Source: Selaginella moellendorffii (taxonomy: Eukaryota; Plantae; Lycopodiophyta). Taken from it: DNA of 64,000 nucleotides. Positions 1 through 10,387 of this stretch are shown piece by piece; position 1 is the first letter of the stretch; every line of letters starts with the position of its first letter. Location of the stretch: the NCBI RefSeq assembly GCF_000143415.4, contig NW_003314331.1, positions 855,169 to 919,168 on the forward strand, given 5' to 3'. Under the pieces are notes generated by a model, which was not told the origin of the DNA, made no database searches, and worked only from the letters and a program-made list of their open reading frames with translations. A program made the position numbers and the translations under genes.

Positions 1-1823
1 TCCGGCGCAGTCCTGAACTTCATTCTCAACTTATCCATCGAAGAGCAAGCCAGCTTACGTCGTGCATTGAAACAGTACACTCCTCGCATAGAAGTGGACC
101 TCGTCGCAGTTCTGCAAAGCAAGCATCAACGAGGGAAGAAGTCAGGCAATGATCAAAATGACTACTCTACCATGTCCGTCGATGGTGGAGGTCGAGCCTA
201 CTCGACCTTGATGAGAAGCCAGCCGCCTGGAAGCTATTCTTCCGGATCCATAAACAGCGACTCTGGTAGAAAGTGGAGCTCCATGCAGGCCGACTCAGTG
301 CAGTATAACGCCAGAATGAACGGTCAGTCCAAAGAAAATGATGCGAGCGCCATCAGCTCAAACAACTTCAGGAGCGTGTCGAGTATCGAGGACGTTTCCC
401 AGTTTAAGAAGGCCGGATTGCGAAGTTCTGGAGATAAGCTCGATAGAATGTCCCAAACACGCAGACTGAGCACCGAGGACCTGAGGAATATGGTCGACAG
501 TATTGAACATAATAAGACTGACGAGACTAGTTTGGAAAAGCGTCAACAGAAAAATGAGGCAGACGAAGCATACAAACAGTTCTTTTCTCAGGAGTCTAGC
601 AAGGTACCTCTAGCGGAAGAAGTCAAGCCTTCGGAGGCAAACGGATCAAGTTTCGACGATCTTCCGAGTATTCCATCGCTGCTTATACAGGTATTGAGAC
701 TGAAGATGTTTTCTAAACATGATGTTGATGATATTTCGTGCAGATGTCTAATGTGGAGGATTCAAGTAAACGATCAGGCGCTCTCGAAGATTTTCTCGCG
801 ATATTTCGTAAAGCCGATGCTAGCAGCTGGTCACAGGTGAGAAGGTTACTCTCTACCAAGCTGAATTCTGAAATATGGTTTTTGCAGTATTTTAACCAGA
901 TCCTCACGGCTGTTCTCGAAGCACTTGATGATCCGAATAATGCCATTCGCGAGCTTGCTTTATCCGTTATCTTCGAAATGCTAAATAATCAGGTTTGTTT
1001 CCTCTGATTTTCTCGAGATTCCCATTCACCAGTTTCTTCAGAGAGCGATGATGGAAGAACCAACAGAGCTGCTGGTAGAGAAACTTCTGCATGCAAGCAA
1101 AGACCAGACGCCAAAGGTAGGCAAACCTTAATGGGAACGATGGCCAAGTTCGAGCTGTTCTTTTGTTTGCACAGGTTGCTGCTGGGGCAGACGCGTGCCT
1201 GACCGTTGTACTTAAAGAATTCGATGCCTATCGCTGCCTCTCGGTAAGCCCACAGCACTTTTGGCAATGGATAACAAGCCTGCTGCTGCCGCAGGTTGTT
1301 GTTCCTCTTCTCGTGAACGAAGACGTGAGAACCTTGATTACTTGTATAAGCTGCCTAACTAAGGTACGAAGGAGAAAACGAGCATTGGGATAACATGTGT
1401 TTTGTTTCTCTTTCAGCTTGTATCCCGTCTTCCACAACAAGAGCTCATGGAGCAGCTACCGTCTTTCCTCCCGGCTCTCTTCGACGCGTTTGGCAACCAA
1501 AACGCCGACGTTCGCAAGGTCTGGGTTTAAAGTTCCTCCCTTTCGGTGCTTCTTATGATTTCTTCCACAGACTGTTGTCTTTTGCTTGGTGGACATCTAC
1601 ATCGCACTCGGAAAAGCATTCGTCCCGTATCTGAGCAGCCTCAGCAGCAACCAGTTACGGCTGGTCACGATTTACGCGAACAGAATCGCACAGGTATACT
1701 CAAACGCGTTTGTTTCATCACGTCGTGGAATCTAAAAGTAAAACTCGTCAGGCTCGTACTGGGACCCCTGTCGAGCAGCAGCAGCAGCAGCAGCAAGCGG
1801 CAGCGGCAACACCCACACAGTAA
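1..1823 (+). CDS. CLASP: CLIP-associated protein (CLASP), 3' part, multi-exon
   Basis: Spliced exons give YFNQILTAVLEALDD..RELALSVIFEML, LITCISCLTKLVSRL..LPSFLPALFDAFGNQNADVRKTVVFCLVDIY..QLRLVTIYANRIAQAR, the plant CLASP C-terminus. Last exon 1752-1823 ends in TAA. 5' end lies outside the window. Confidence 0.9.
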
Positions 1824-1907
1824 CACACACAGGATTTTCGCGAGAGAAAGTTTACATAAATCCAGCAAAGTTTCTAGGTTCGTCGTTTTTCATTTTAGGA
1901 AGTGGGC

Positions 1908-2243
1908 ATGAAGATCAGGAAGTTAATGGTGGTGGCGATGGTGGCGCTACTGTTACTCGCAGTAGAGCTAGAGGGAGTGGAAGAAGTGGGCGGGGAAAGG
2001 AGAGATCTTCGAAGCGGCGGAGGTGGGAGAGGACGAGGAGGATCAAGAGGTGGAGGATCCAGAGGAAGCGGTGGATCGAAAGGAGGAGAATCAAAAGGAG
2101 GATCGAGAGGAGGAAGGATTCCAAGGAGCCCAGTAATCGTAGCTGGTGGATCTCATCGCCACAGTGACGCTTCTCGGTGCTCCGCCACCGCCACTGCCAC
2201 CGCCGCCACCGCCGCCATCGCCGCCGCTTTGGCTTTTCTGTAA
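1908..2243 (+). CDS. Small glycine-rich secreted/GPI-anchored-like protein
   Basis: Single ORF with ATG at 1908: hydrophobic signal peptide, RGG/GGS-rich core, Ala-rich hydrophobic C-terminus. Confidence 0.6.
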   Translation: MKIRKLMVVAMVALLLLAVELEGVEEVGGERRDLRSGGGGRGRGGSRGGGSRGSGGSKGGESKGGSRGGRIPRSPVIVAGGSHRHSDASRCSATATATAATAAIAAALAFL

Positions 2244-2338
2244 GGACGTGGAATATGCTTCTTGTACATTTGGCATCTACTGTTTTGAGGCAAAACCTTT
2301 TTTTTTCGTGTTCTCCTTTAATTTAGGGTTCCTCGATA

Positions 2339-4260
2339 ATGGCGTCGCGCACCTGTGTGTTGGCGTGGTGCGTTTCGATCGTTTCTCTTGCCGCGCGCGG
2401 TACTGATTGATTGGCGCTGGCTGTGATTTGCAGGGGAGCCGGTGAGGACGGGCAGCTCGGGCTCGGCAATCTCCAGGACAAGGATTCCGTGTGCGTTGTC
2501 GATGCGCTGCGCGATCACAATGTAGTCAGCGTCGTGGCCGGGAGCCGCAACTCCCTGGCGATCTGTGAGGACGGCCGGGTGAGCAGCGAATCGCGAAAGA
2601 GGTCGTAATATTTCTTGGTGATCGGTGTGTCGCAGCTCTTTACTTGGGGATGGAACCAGCGCGGCACTCTGGGGCATCCTCCAGAGACCAAGACGGAGAG
2701 CACGCCGAGCCAGGTAGAGTGTGGTGTAGATTTTTGGTGCCTAATCGCTCCCTGCAAGACATTTCCAGCAGGGAACTGAGATCTCGGGCTTTGCAGGTCA
2801 AGGCTTTGGCAAATGTGAAAATTGTCCAGGTAAGATCGCTCATACTTTTTCTCCTTTTGTAGCTAAAGACTGTCTATCACAGGCTGCGATTGGAGGTTGG
2901 CATTGCTTGGCTGTGGACGAAGAGGGAAGAACATATGCATGGGGTAAGAAAAGAATTGTTTTTGCGAGGAAATCCTTTGCATTTTCTTTCCAGGAGGTAA
3001 CGAGTATGGTCAGTGCGCTGAAGAGCAGCAAACCAAAGAGCAGCAAAACAAAGGCGAGAGTAAAGTTCTCCACCGTGACATCACTATTCCTCAGAGATGT
3101 GCTCCTCGTCTATGCGTCCGGCAGTTGAGTAGGCTATTTGGAAGTCTTTCTTGTCGTAGCTTGGTGGCCTTTCCTTGCTAAGATTCTCTGTTTTTTCTTC
3201 TTTCAGGTAGCAGCGGGTGGCACACACTCGGTGGTCCTTACAGAGGAAGGACATGTTTGGACCTGGGGACAACCATGGCCTCCCGGCGACATGTAAACTT
3301 TTTCTGGCGAGACTTTCTTTTTGGCTGATTGGTGGCTTTTTGCGTTCCAGCAAGCAAATATCTGTTCCAGTTCGCGTACAGGGATTGGAGAACGTAACCA
3401 TGATTGCCGTCGGTGCTTTTCACAATCTTGCGCTGGTCCAACACGGAGAAGTTTGGGCGTGGGGCAACAACGAGTACGGGCAACTTGGCACTGGAGATAC
3501 CCAGCCGCGTTCTTCTCCAGTTCCTGTGAAGGGTTTGACTGGACTTGTTCTGGTTTGTACATGATTCTCTTGACTCTCTCTTACGCTTCATAAGTTTTCT
3601 TTAATGTATGCTTTCTTTGTCTTGTAAGGTTGATATTGCAGCTGGTGGCTGGCATTCTATGGCATTGACACCTGATGGAGCGGTAAGTGTCTCTCTAAGA
3701 TCTCACGGAAACAAAGAGCCTATGCTGAGTCTTTTGACAAAACGCACAGGTGTATGGATGGGGGAGAGGAGAGCATGGACGGCTGGGTTTCGGTGATGAC
3801 AAGAGCAGCAAAATGCTTCCACAGAAAGTTCATCTTCTAGCTGGAGAGCCAGTTGTGCAGGTACAGAAACTTTCTTGTTTATATGTTTTCTCTTTTCCAT
3901 CCTCGGAAGGATTTTGAGAATTGTACGCAAGTTTACAGGTTTCGTGTGGTGGCACGCATTCCGTGGCAGCAACAATCAGCGGTCGCATGTTCTCAGTAAG
4001 TTCGTGTAGTTTTGGATCACGTTTCAAGTCGTAGATTGATGGCTGCCTCTTACCTGGTCTAGTTTGGACGTGGTGACCACGGGCGTCTTGGCTATAGTGG
4101 AGCAGTCACGACCGGGCATCCCGTCGAAGTCCCCGTTTCTCTCCATCACTACTCGCGGCACAACATCGTCAGTGAAGACGAGGCCAATGGTAGTACCGGG
4201 TGGGTGGTAAAACTCGTTGCCTGTGGTGGCAGGCATGCTCTCGCGGTTGCTTCATGCTAG
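2339..4260 (+). CDS. RCC1-repeat family protein (UVR8-like fold, not UVR8)
   Basis: Spliced repeats WGAGEDGQLG, AAIGGWHCLA, WAWGNNEYGQLGTGD, AAGGWHS, GRGEHGRLG, ACGGRHALA. ATG 2339, TAG 4258-4260. No UVR8 GWRHT triad. Confidence 0.88.
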
Positions 4261-5402
4261 AAAACTTTTCTTCTTTCTCTTCTGCAAGCCTACGTAAGTC
4301 ATTTCAGCCGGAGAAACTTCCCGAGCAGTGTCATCTTGTGAGTAAGTTTGCCAGTTTCTTACATTGTTCTGACCAATTCCTGGTGTTTTTTCCAGGGGAG
4401 ATCTCTTCCAGAATGTTGTCAGCAATACGTAAATTCTTCCGTGGTTCCGGCACAAACAAACGTGAATCACATGTGGCTAGCGAGAACTCCGTATGATCTT
4501 TACTCGAATTTCTCGCTCGCTGCTACAAAAATTTCTCCAGGCATCATCGTTTTTGTTTCGATCTCCCGTGTTCCTTCCAGGAGGAGCTATAGCTATTTTC
4601 GATCCTTCCAAGATCCTGCAATAGTAGCAAGAAGAACTACGTTTTACCTCCCGGATGGAACTAAATTGTTAGCCTCCAGCGTGGAACACATGGAACAAGG
4701 ACAGTGGTCCCAAAGTACGCACGGACAAGTCACGCCTAGACACCACGTAAAACATCGCGAAAAGAAAATCACTCCAAGGAGATTTTACTTAGATTGTTGT
4801 GTTGGAGAATAGCATGCTACGTGGTTTGATAAGAGGCCATGTCGATTTTGTCACTTTCACCACCTTAGCATGAGAATTTTAACCATGACGAGAGTTATTT
4901 TGACATCACACAACACAAATTCAACCCACCTGTCATTACAAACAAATAACGACAATGAGCCCACGGGATTCGAACCTGGGACCTCCTAATCGCATCTCGG
5001 GAAGATTCCATTTATACGCTTGCGTGCCCTCTCTCTCTCTCTTTCATTCTCTCCTTGGCTCTGTCGAGTACATCGTCACTGGCGGAGGCGGCGCTACAAA
5101 CATTGATCGGTTCTTCAAAGTCCAGGCTCTGCCGCTAGGCGGTGACAGAGTTCTTCACGTCTCGCTCATCGATCCGGCGCCGATTTATGCCGCGCTCGAT
5201 CGATCCAGGTTACTGTAAGTGAGTGCTGCATTTCTCAGGGATCCTCCTTGATAGCGCTCCTCCATCGTTCCTTCTCCTCGAAATATCGCTCCTCCATCGA
5301 TCTCTCCTCCTCCCGCATCGATCTTTGTTCGCGAAATATTTCTCTTTTCTCGAAATATTCTCTCTACTTGTCGATCGATTCCACTCTCCAGCGACTCTCA
5401 CC

Positions 5403-6641
5403 ATGACGGAGCTCGAGAAATCCATGGCGGACAGGGAATACCGCACATCGGACACCCTGCTCGTGAGAATCGCCGAGCGGCCCCTTGCTGTCGCCGCTAT
5501 CTTCTTCCTCACTGCTATCTTCCCCTGGGTCGTCTACTTCTACGCTCCAGCGCTTGCCGAGGCATTCCAGTCGACGAGCTACACGGATCTCATCCAGTGG
5601 CTGTCCTTGCCAGTGCTCTTCCTCCTCGTCAACTGTGTGGTGTTCTTCCTGTGGATCAATCACTCCAAGAGCAGCAGTGGCAGTGGCAGTGGCATCGCTA
5701 GAGCTCCTTCCTCCATCGCGGGGGAGAGCTTGATCGGCAACAGCGAAGATTGGGGCAGTGTTTTTGATGCTCATCGCCAGGTGAAGAAGGATGAGAGTAG
5801 CACTACTGTAGCTGACAATCCCAAGGCTCGGGAATCGGACCCTTCGTTCTCATCGTCATCGGAATCCGAGAGAGAGGAAGAAGAAGAACGACGAGAAGTT
5901 GATGAACTTCGAAGAAAGCTAGAGCTTCCAGCAAGAGAAGAACAAGAGCCACAAGTAAAGAAGCGTCCGGCAAAGAAGATCTCCTCAAAGCTCGAGGAGG
6001 AACGCGATCATCAGCCTCCGGCAAAGAAGATCTCCTCAAAGCTCGAGGAGGAACGCGATCATCAGCCTCCGGCAAAGAAGATCTCCTCAAAGCTCGAGGA
6101 GGAACGCGATCAACCGGCTCCATCTCCAACAGCATCGAGGAAGAAGTCCGCCAGGAACGAGCAATTGGAGTCGATCGACGAGCAGAGAGTGTCCAGGCCG
6201 AGGCACAAGAAGACCCAATCGCTCAAGCTGGACGCCAAGATGCTGGAGGAGATCCACGCCGCGGCGGACAAGGAGCACCAGGAGCAGCAGCAGCAGCAGC
6301 AGCAGAAGCAGACGCAGGCGCAGACGCATCGAGTGACGAGGAGGAACTCGTCGCCCAAGTCGAGAACGCCCACGCCATCTTCCTTTGGGCTGGAGATGGA
6401 TCCCAAGCACGTCACCCGGAGGAATTCGTCGCCAAAGACCATGACGCCCACGGCCTCGTCGTCGATATCAACACCCTCGCTCGCAAACATCGGCACTTAC
6501 ATCCCACCGTCGCGCCCGGTCCCTCTCGACCGGGACGATCTCAACACCCGCATCGACAGCTTCCTCACCAAGTTTAAGATCGAGCGCCAGGAATCCAACT
6601 TGCGAGCCGCGCTCTTGAGCGACGACCAAAAGAACCGGTAA
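5403..6641 (+). CDS. Membrane-anchored DUF761 / cotton-fibre-expressed-type protein
   Basis: Intronless ORF with two N-terminal TM segments (..FLLVNCVVFFLW), a charged disordered middle and the C-terminal DDLNTRIDSFLTKFKIERQES motif typical of DUF761. Confidence 0.7.
   Translation: MTELEKSMADREYRTSDTLLVRIAERPLAVAAIFFLTAIFPWVVYFYAPALAEAFQSTSYTDLIQWLSLPVLFLLVNCVVFFLWINHSKSSSGSGSGIARAPSSIAGESLIGNSEDWGSVFDAHRQVKKDESSTTVADNPKARESDPSFSSSSESEREEEEERREVDELRRKLELPAREEQEPQVKKRPAKKISSKLEEERDHQPPAKKISSKLEEERDHQPPAKKISSKLEEERDQPAPSPTASRKKSARNEQLESIDEQRVSRPRHKKTQSLKLDAKMLEEIHAAADKEHQEQQQQQQQKQTQAQTHRVTRRNSSPKSRTPTPSSFGLEMDPKHVTRRNSSPKTMTPTASSSISTPSLANIGTYIPPSRPVPLDRDDLNTRIDSFLTKFKIERQESNLRAALLSDDQKNR
5967..6110 (+). 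repeat. 51-bp coding tandem repeat, ~3 copies
   Basis: PAKKISSKLEEERD(HQP) repeated three times with near-identical DNA. Confidence 0.9.
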
Positions 6642-7080
6642 CCTTCTGGAGCCCGTTCAGTTCCCGGACACCGTAAAGCTTGGCTGTTTCGTTACAAGGT
6701 GGCTAATCATGTGCTATCATGTGTGTGGTTCTTAGGTGAAAGGCTCTCTTCATCCGCCATGACCCCACGAAGGAAAAGAAAGCGGGACCTTCACTGGATC
6801 TAGAGCGCGATCGATCAATCGCTTCTTTGGAGAACAAGAATGTCCACAGCTTTTTTTCTTGAAACACTGTGTAAGAAGTAAAAAAGGGAGGGATCGATCC
6901 ATCGATCACGAGCGGCTGCCTCTACAGTCGATACTAGTTTTGTCAGAGCTTTCTTGGTTTTCTCCTTTTTTATTTGTTAAAATGTGTGGAAAAGGCTTTG
7001 GCCAAGATACATAGATAGATCCATTCCGGACTTTCGTGTTGCTTTTGAAAGAGACATATGGACACCACCATTGTCGGGTC

Positions 7081-7820
7081 TCATAATCCACAGCACGACC
7101 CACACCCTCTAGTGGGTGCACCTGCAAATGCAAAGCATCCATCCGGAAAGAGCATTAGAGAAAAAATCAAGAAAAAAGGGTAAAGAAGCTCCAACAAAAA
7201 GGAAAGAACTTCCTTCTTCTCTCCCTTTAAAGAATGTTACGTACTGTGATCAATGCCCCGGATGTTGTCTAGTCCACCCCGTCTGCCTCCGCCACCACCA
7301 CCGCCACCGCCACCACCACCGCCGCCACCACCCCACCCTCCTCTACTTCCTCCGCTTGATCGTCTCGTCCTGCCGTATTGATCTGATGCGTCCTTCTGCA
7401 ATGCAACACGAGGCATCAGTCACGGGAAACCAGTGCGAATCTTTTCCGCTGGCGAGAAAACCCGGAGAGAACAGAGTTTTGTCACAAGGACTAAGTTCTA
7501 AAGCTTCTAGCTTTGGGACCAGCGGGGCTCTCTATCAACAACGTGAATCTTCAATCAATCGTAGCTATCCTTGTCTATCTTAAAAAAGACCAATCGTTTT
7601 GACTTTGTGCCCAATCAGGCTGGACAAGACAAACACACTTACAGAGAACAAGGTGAGCAAGAAGGTGTGAATCAAGGCCAAAATCCCCCAAAAGTAGTCC
7701 GCGAGGAGGCTGAGGCTCCATGGGCGCTTGTTCTTCAATGACCCTGTTCCGATTCCATCAGCAAGGAAGGAGAAATTGGAAATACTCGATCGATCTCTTA
7801 CCTCCAGCAACGTACGCCAT
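7081..7820 (-). CDS. Selenoprotein K-like glycine-rich membrane protein (Cys form), 4 exons
   Basis: Manual splicing gives MAYVAGGSLKNKRPWSLSLLADYFWGILALIHTFLLTLFS-KDASDQYGR..(G)n RRGGLDNIRGIDHSAPTRGCGSCCGL*, matching the plant SelK/SelG family pattern. Not visible as one ORF in the track. Confidence 0.85.
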
Positions 7821-7979
7821 CGCGCGAGCTTGGAGCTCTTCCTTGCCCTAGGGCTTTTGTGTCCTTGACGCAACACGTGGCGAGGCCCCATTGGACACAT
7901 CGACGTCATTGTTTCAAAGGGCAACGGTTCGATTCCAGCTGGAACAAAAAAAAACGACTTTTTTTGGAGCTCTCTTGTC

Positions 7980-10025
7980 TCAATGGCTAGTGGCCAAAGC
8001 CGTGACGAGAAGACCCAGAACAAAGAATGGTTGCGCACTAGCCTGCAAGACAAATGAGAGATAGGATTGGTCAAAAAGAAACTTTGGGGAGTGGAAATCA
8101 TGTGCTTGCCTGATACTTCACGTCGTATTTAAGTGGATCCTTTAAGAAGTACTGGAACTGGATGAGATTGGAAACAGGGAAAAGAGCGTAAGCTAGAAAC
8201 TACGAGACAATCGAGCTCGCAACTTGGACAAAAGAATGCTAGCTCACCTGGAAAATTATTTGCGGAGTGATGAGTCCAAGTAATGTCAGTGCGTAGTAGA
8301 GCTTCCCAGTGGCGAATAAGTAGCCTGTGATCAAACGCGGAATAAGTGGAAGAAAAAGTCGTGTTTTCTTGTTTTCTTAAACTCGGGATTTTTAGCTGCT
8401 GACCTGCAACGGATAGCTGCGTGAGGTCGATGGAGCCAATGCATATCCACTTTGCAGTGTCGATTCCAAATGCGACTGGTAGAGACTGGGTAATCAAGCG
8501 AAAGCATTTGAACGAGTTTTGGCTAGATCCAAAGGAGAAATATAAAAGAATATCACCTGTAATCCCATGGCACGGTCTCCTTCTATGCTCTTAAAGTCGT
8601 TCACGATGGCGATTCCGAGCTGTGACGACACAATGCTGGCGATTGAGTACAAGAGAAATGGAAAGGAAAAACGCAAGGACGCTAACCCCTGCCGTGCTGT
8701 ACAATAAAGTGAGGACGACAACGTCCCAGGAGAGCGTTCCAAAGAGAGCTTGCGAGGCCCACCTGTATGGCGCAAAAGAGGAAATCAAAACGCGAGCGAG
8801 CGAAAGCAATGTCACGTACCAAGGCAAGGCAATGTAGCTTGAGCCGAGTGCGTAGTTTCCTATCCATCCGCTTTGCTTCAGCTGTAAAACGCAAGCTTAA
8901 CTCGTACTCCTGGAGGAGTGGTTTGATACCTTTAAAGGAGGGGCAGAGTATATATATGAGAGCAAAGCGCCTCCAAGCGAAAGGCAGAATATTGTTGGAA
9001 ATGAGTGACCAGCCTGTGTTTGCGAACATGTGTAAGCAAAGATTTAAAACCGAAGGACGAGATTGAAAAACAACATACCCACACATCGAGCGTATAAGCA
9101 AGACCAATGCCACCAAGAAGCAACACCCAAATTTGCGTGATTACCTGTAAAGTCGTCAGAAGAACTCAACCAAAAATTCATGACTTGTCGACTTACTTCG
9201 GGTTCGGATATGGCTCCTGACGGAATTGGTCTGTAAGGCTCGTTGATAGCGTCTATCTCGCGATCATACCAATCGTTGATGGTCTGAAACAGAAATATGG
9301 AAGATGAAGATAGAATCGAAAAAGGAAAATAACCTGAGTGTATCCAGTTAAGAATGGCCCGGCCATCAACATACAAGTGATGGACTTAGCAACATCCTCG
9401 ATTGTCCAATGGAAATTTCCTGCAACATGCATTCTCGGTTTTTTTAGCGACCAACACGCACAAGCGTACCAGATGCCGCTGCACCACACAAGACTCCCCA
9501 GATCAATGGTGCCCATGTCACCGGTTTTGTCAACTGTAAGCGGATTTTCCACTTGTCCTGCATTGAGATATCATGTGATTTAGAAATCTTCCTTTCGGTG
9601 GAAAAGTCGTTCGGCAGGCACCGTTTCTTTTCCAGCTCCTTTCATGCCAAGAAGTTGGTTCACGGCGGAAGATCTGGTATCACTGGGAGTAACTTCAGGA
9701 GCATTGGGCTTGGCTGAATCAGAGAAAAACAAATGTCAAAATTGGTAAGGAAAGAAAGAAACCTTGACAAGTTCCTTACTTTTGTCTGTCTCAGTACCAG
9801 CTGCCCGAACGTTCAAACGCCCTGTTTCATGAGAATTGAGCACCTACAACAGCATGCAACATGCCTACCTGTGTGCCGTTTCGATCGGACCCCGGCACTC
9901 CTGTGTTGAAATCTAATCCTGGCAGCCGGCATTTGAATGCAGCACCCATGAATTATTCGGCAATCAGAAACCCACAACGCTTCGGTGGTCGACGGCTTTG
10001 AAAGATACAGAGATAAAAAGGCCAT
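7980..10025 (-). CDS. CHLG: Chlorophyll synthase (UbiA prenyltransferase family)
   Basis: Exons encode TINDWYDREIDAINEPYRPIPSG, LGIAIVNDFKSIEGDRAMGLQSLPVAFG and ASAQPFFVLGLLVTALATSH*, with a transit-peptide-like N-terminus. Confidence 0.95.
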
Positions 10026-10387
10026 AGCCGCTCGCGGCACTGCTGCGGTCAGCAGAGACAAACCAAAAGGTCAGAAAATCCCTTGCTGTTTTGAACCTTA
10101 AGACGGAGGAATATCCAATCAACATCGTGTGCGCTAGATCTAGCCACGTAAGTTTGATCTGCTCAAGTCGAGCTTACGATTAAATAGAAACTGCTCGACT
10201 TTGCATGAACGTACCTGGTCTGTTGCGGTGAGACACCGAATTCCTGGGAGGAAAAGAACACCCGCAGCTGCAAAACTATAAGGGACGGCGTGCATAGAAT
10301 GAAACAAAAAACAATACCTGTCATGCCGGAACACCCGTTTTCATTTCGTGAAAAAGGATCGCTGCATTTTTATGAAGAAGGTTTGCC

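Noticed and set aside
2339-4260. UVR8 photoreceptor
   Set aside because: Lacks the GWRHT tryptophan triad and the C-terminal VP region.
7081-7083. TGA of the SelK-like gene as a selenocysteine codon
   Set aside because: The Cys motif is already complete before the TGA, land plants lack Sec machinery, and no SECIS was recognised.
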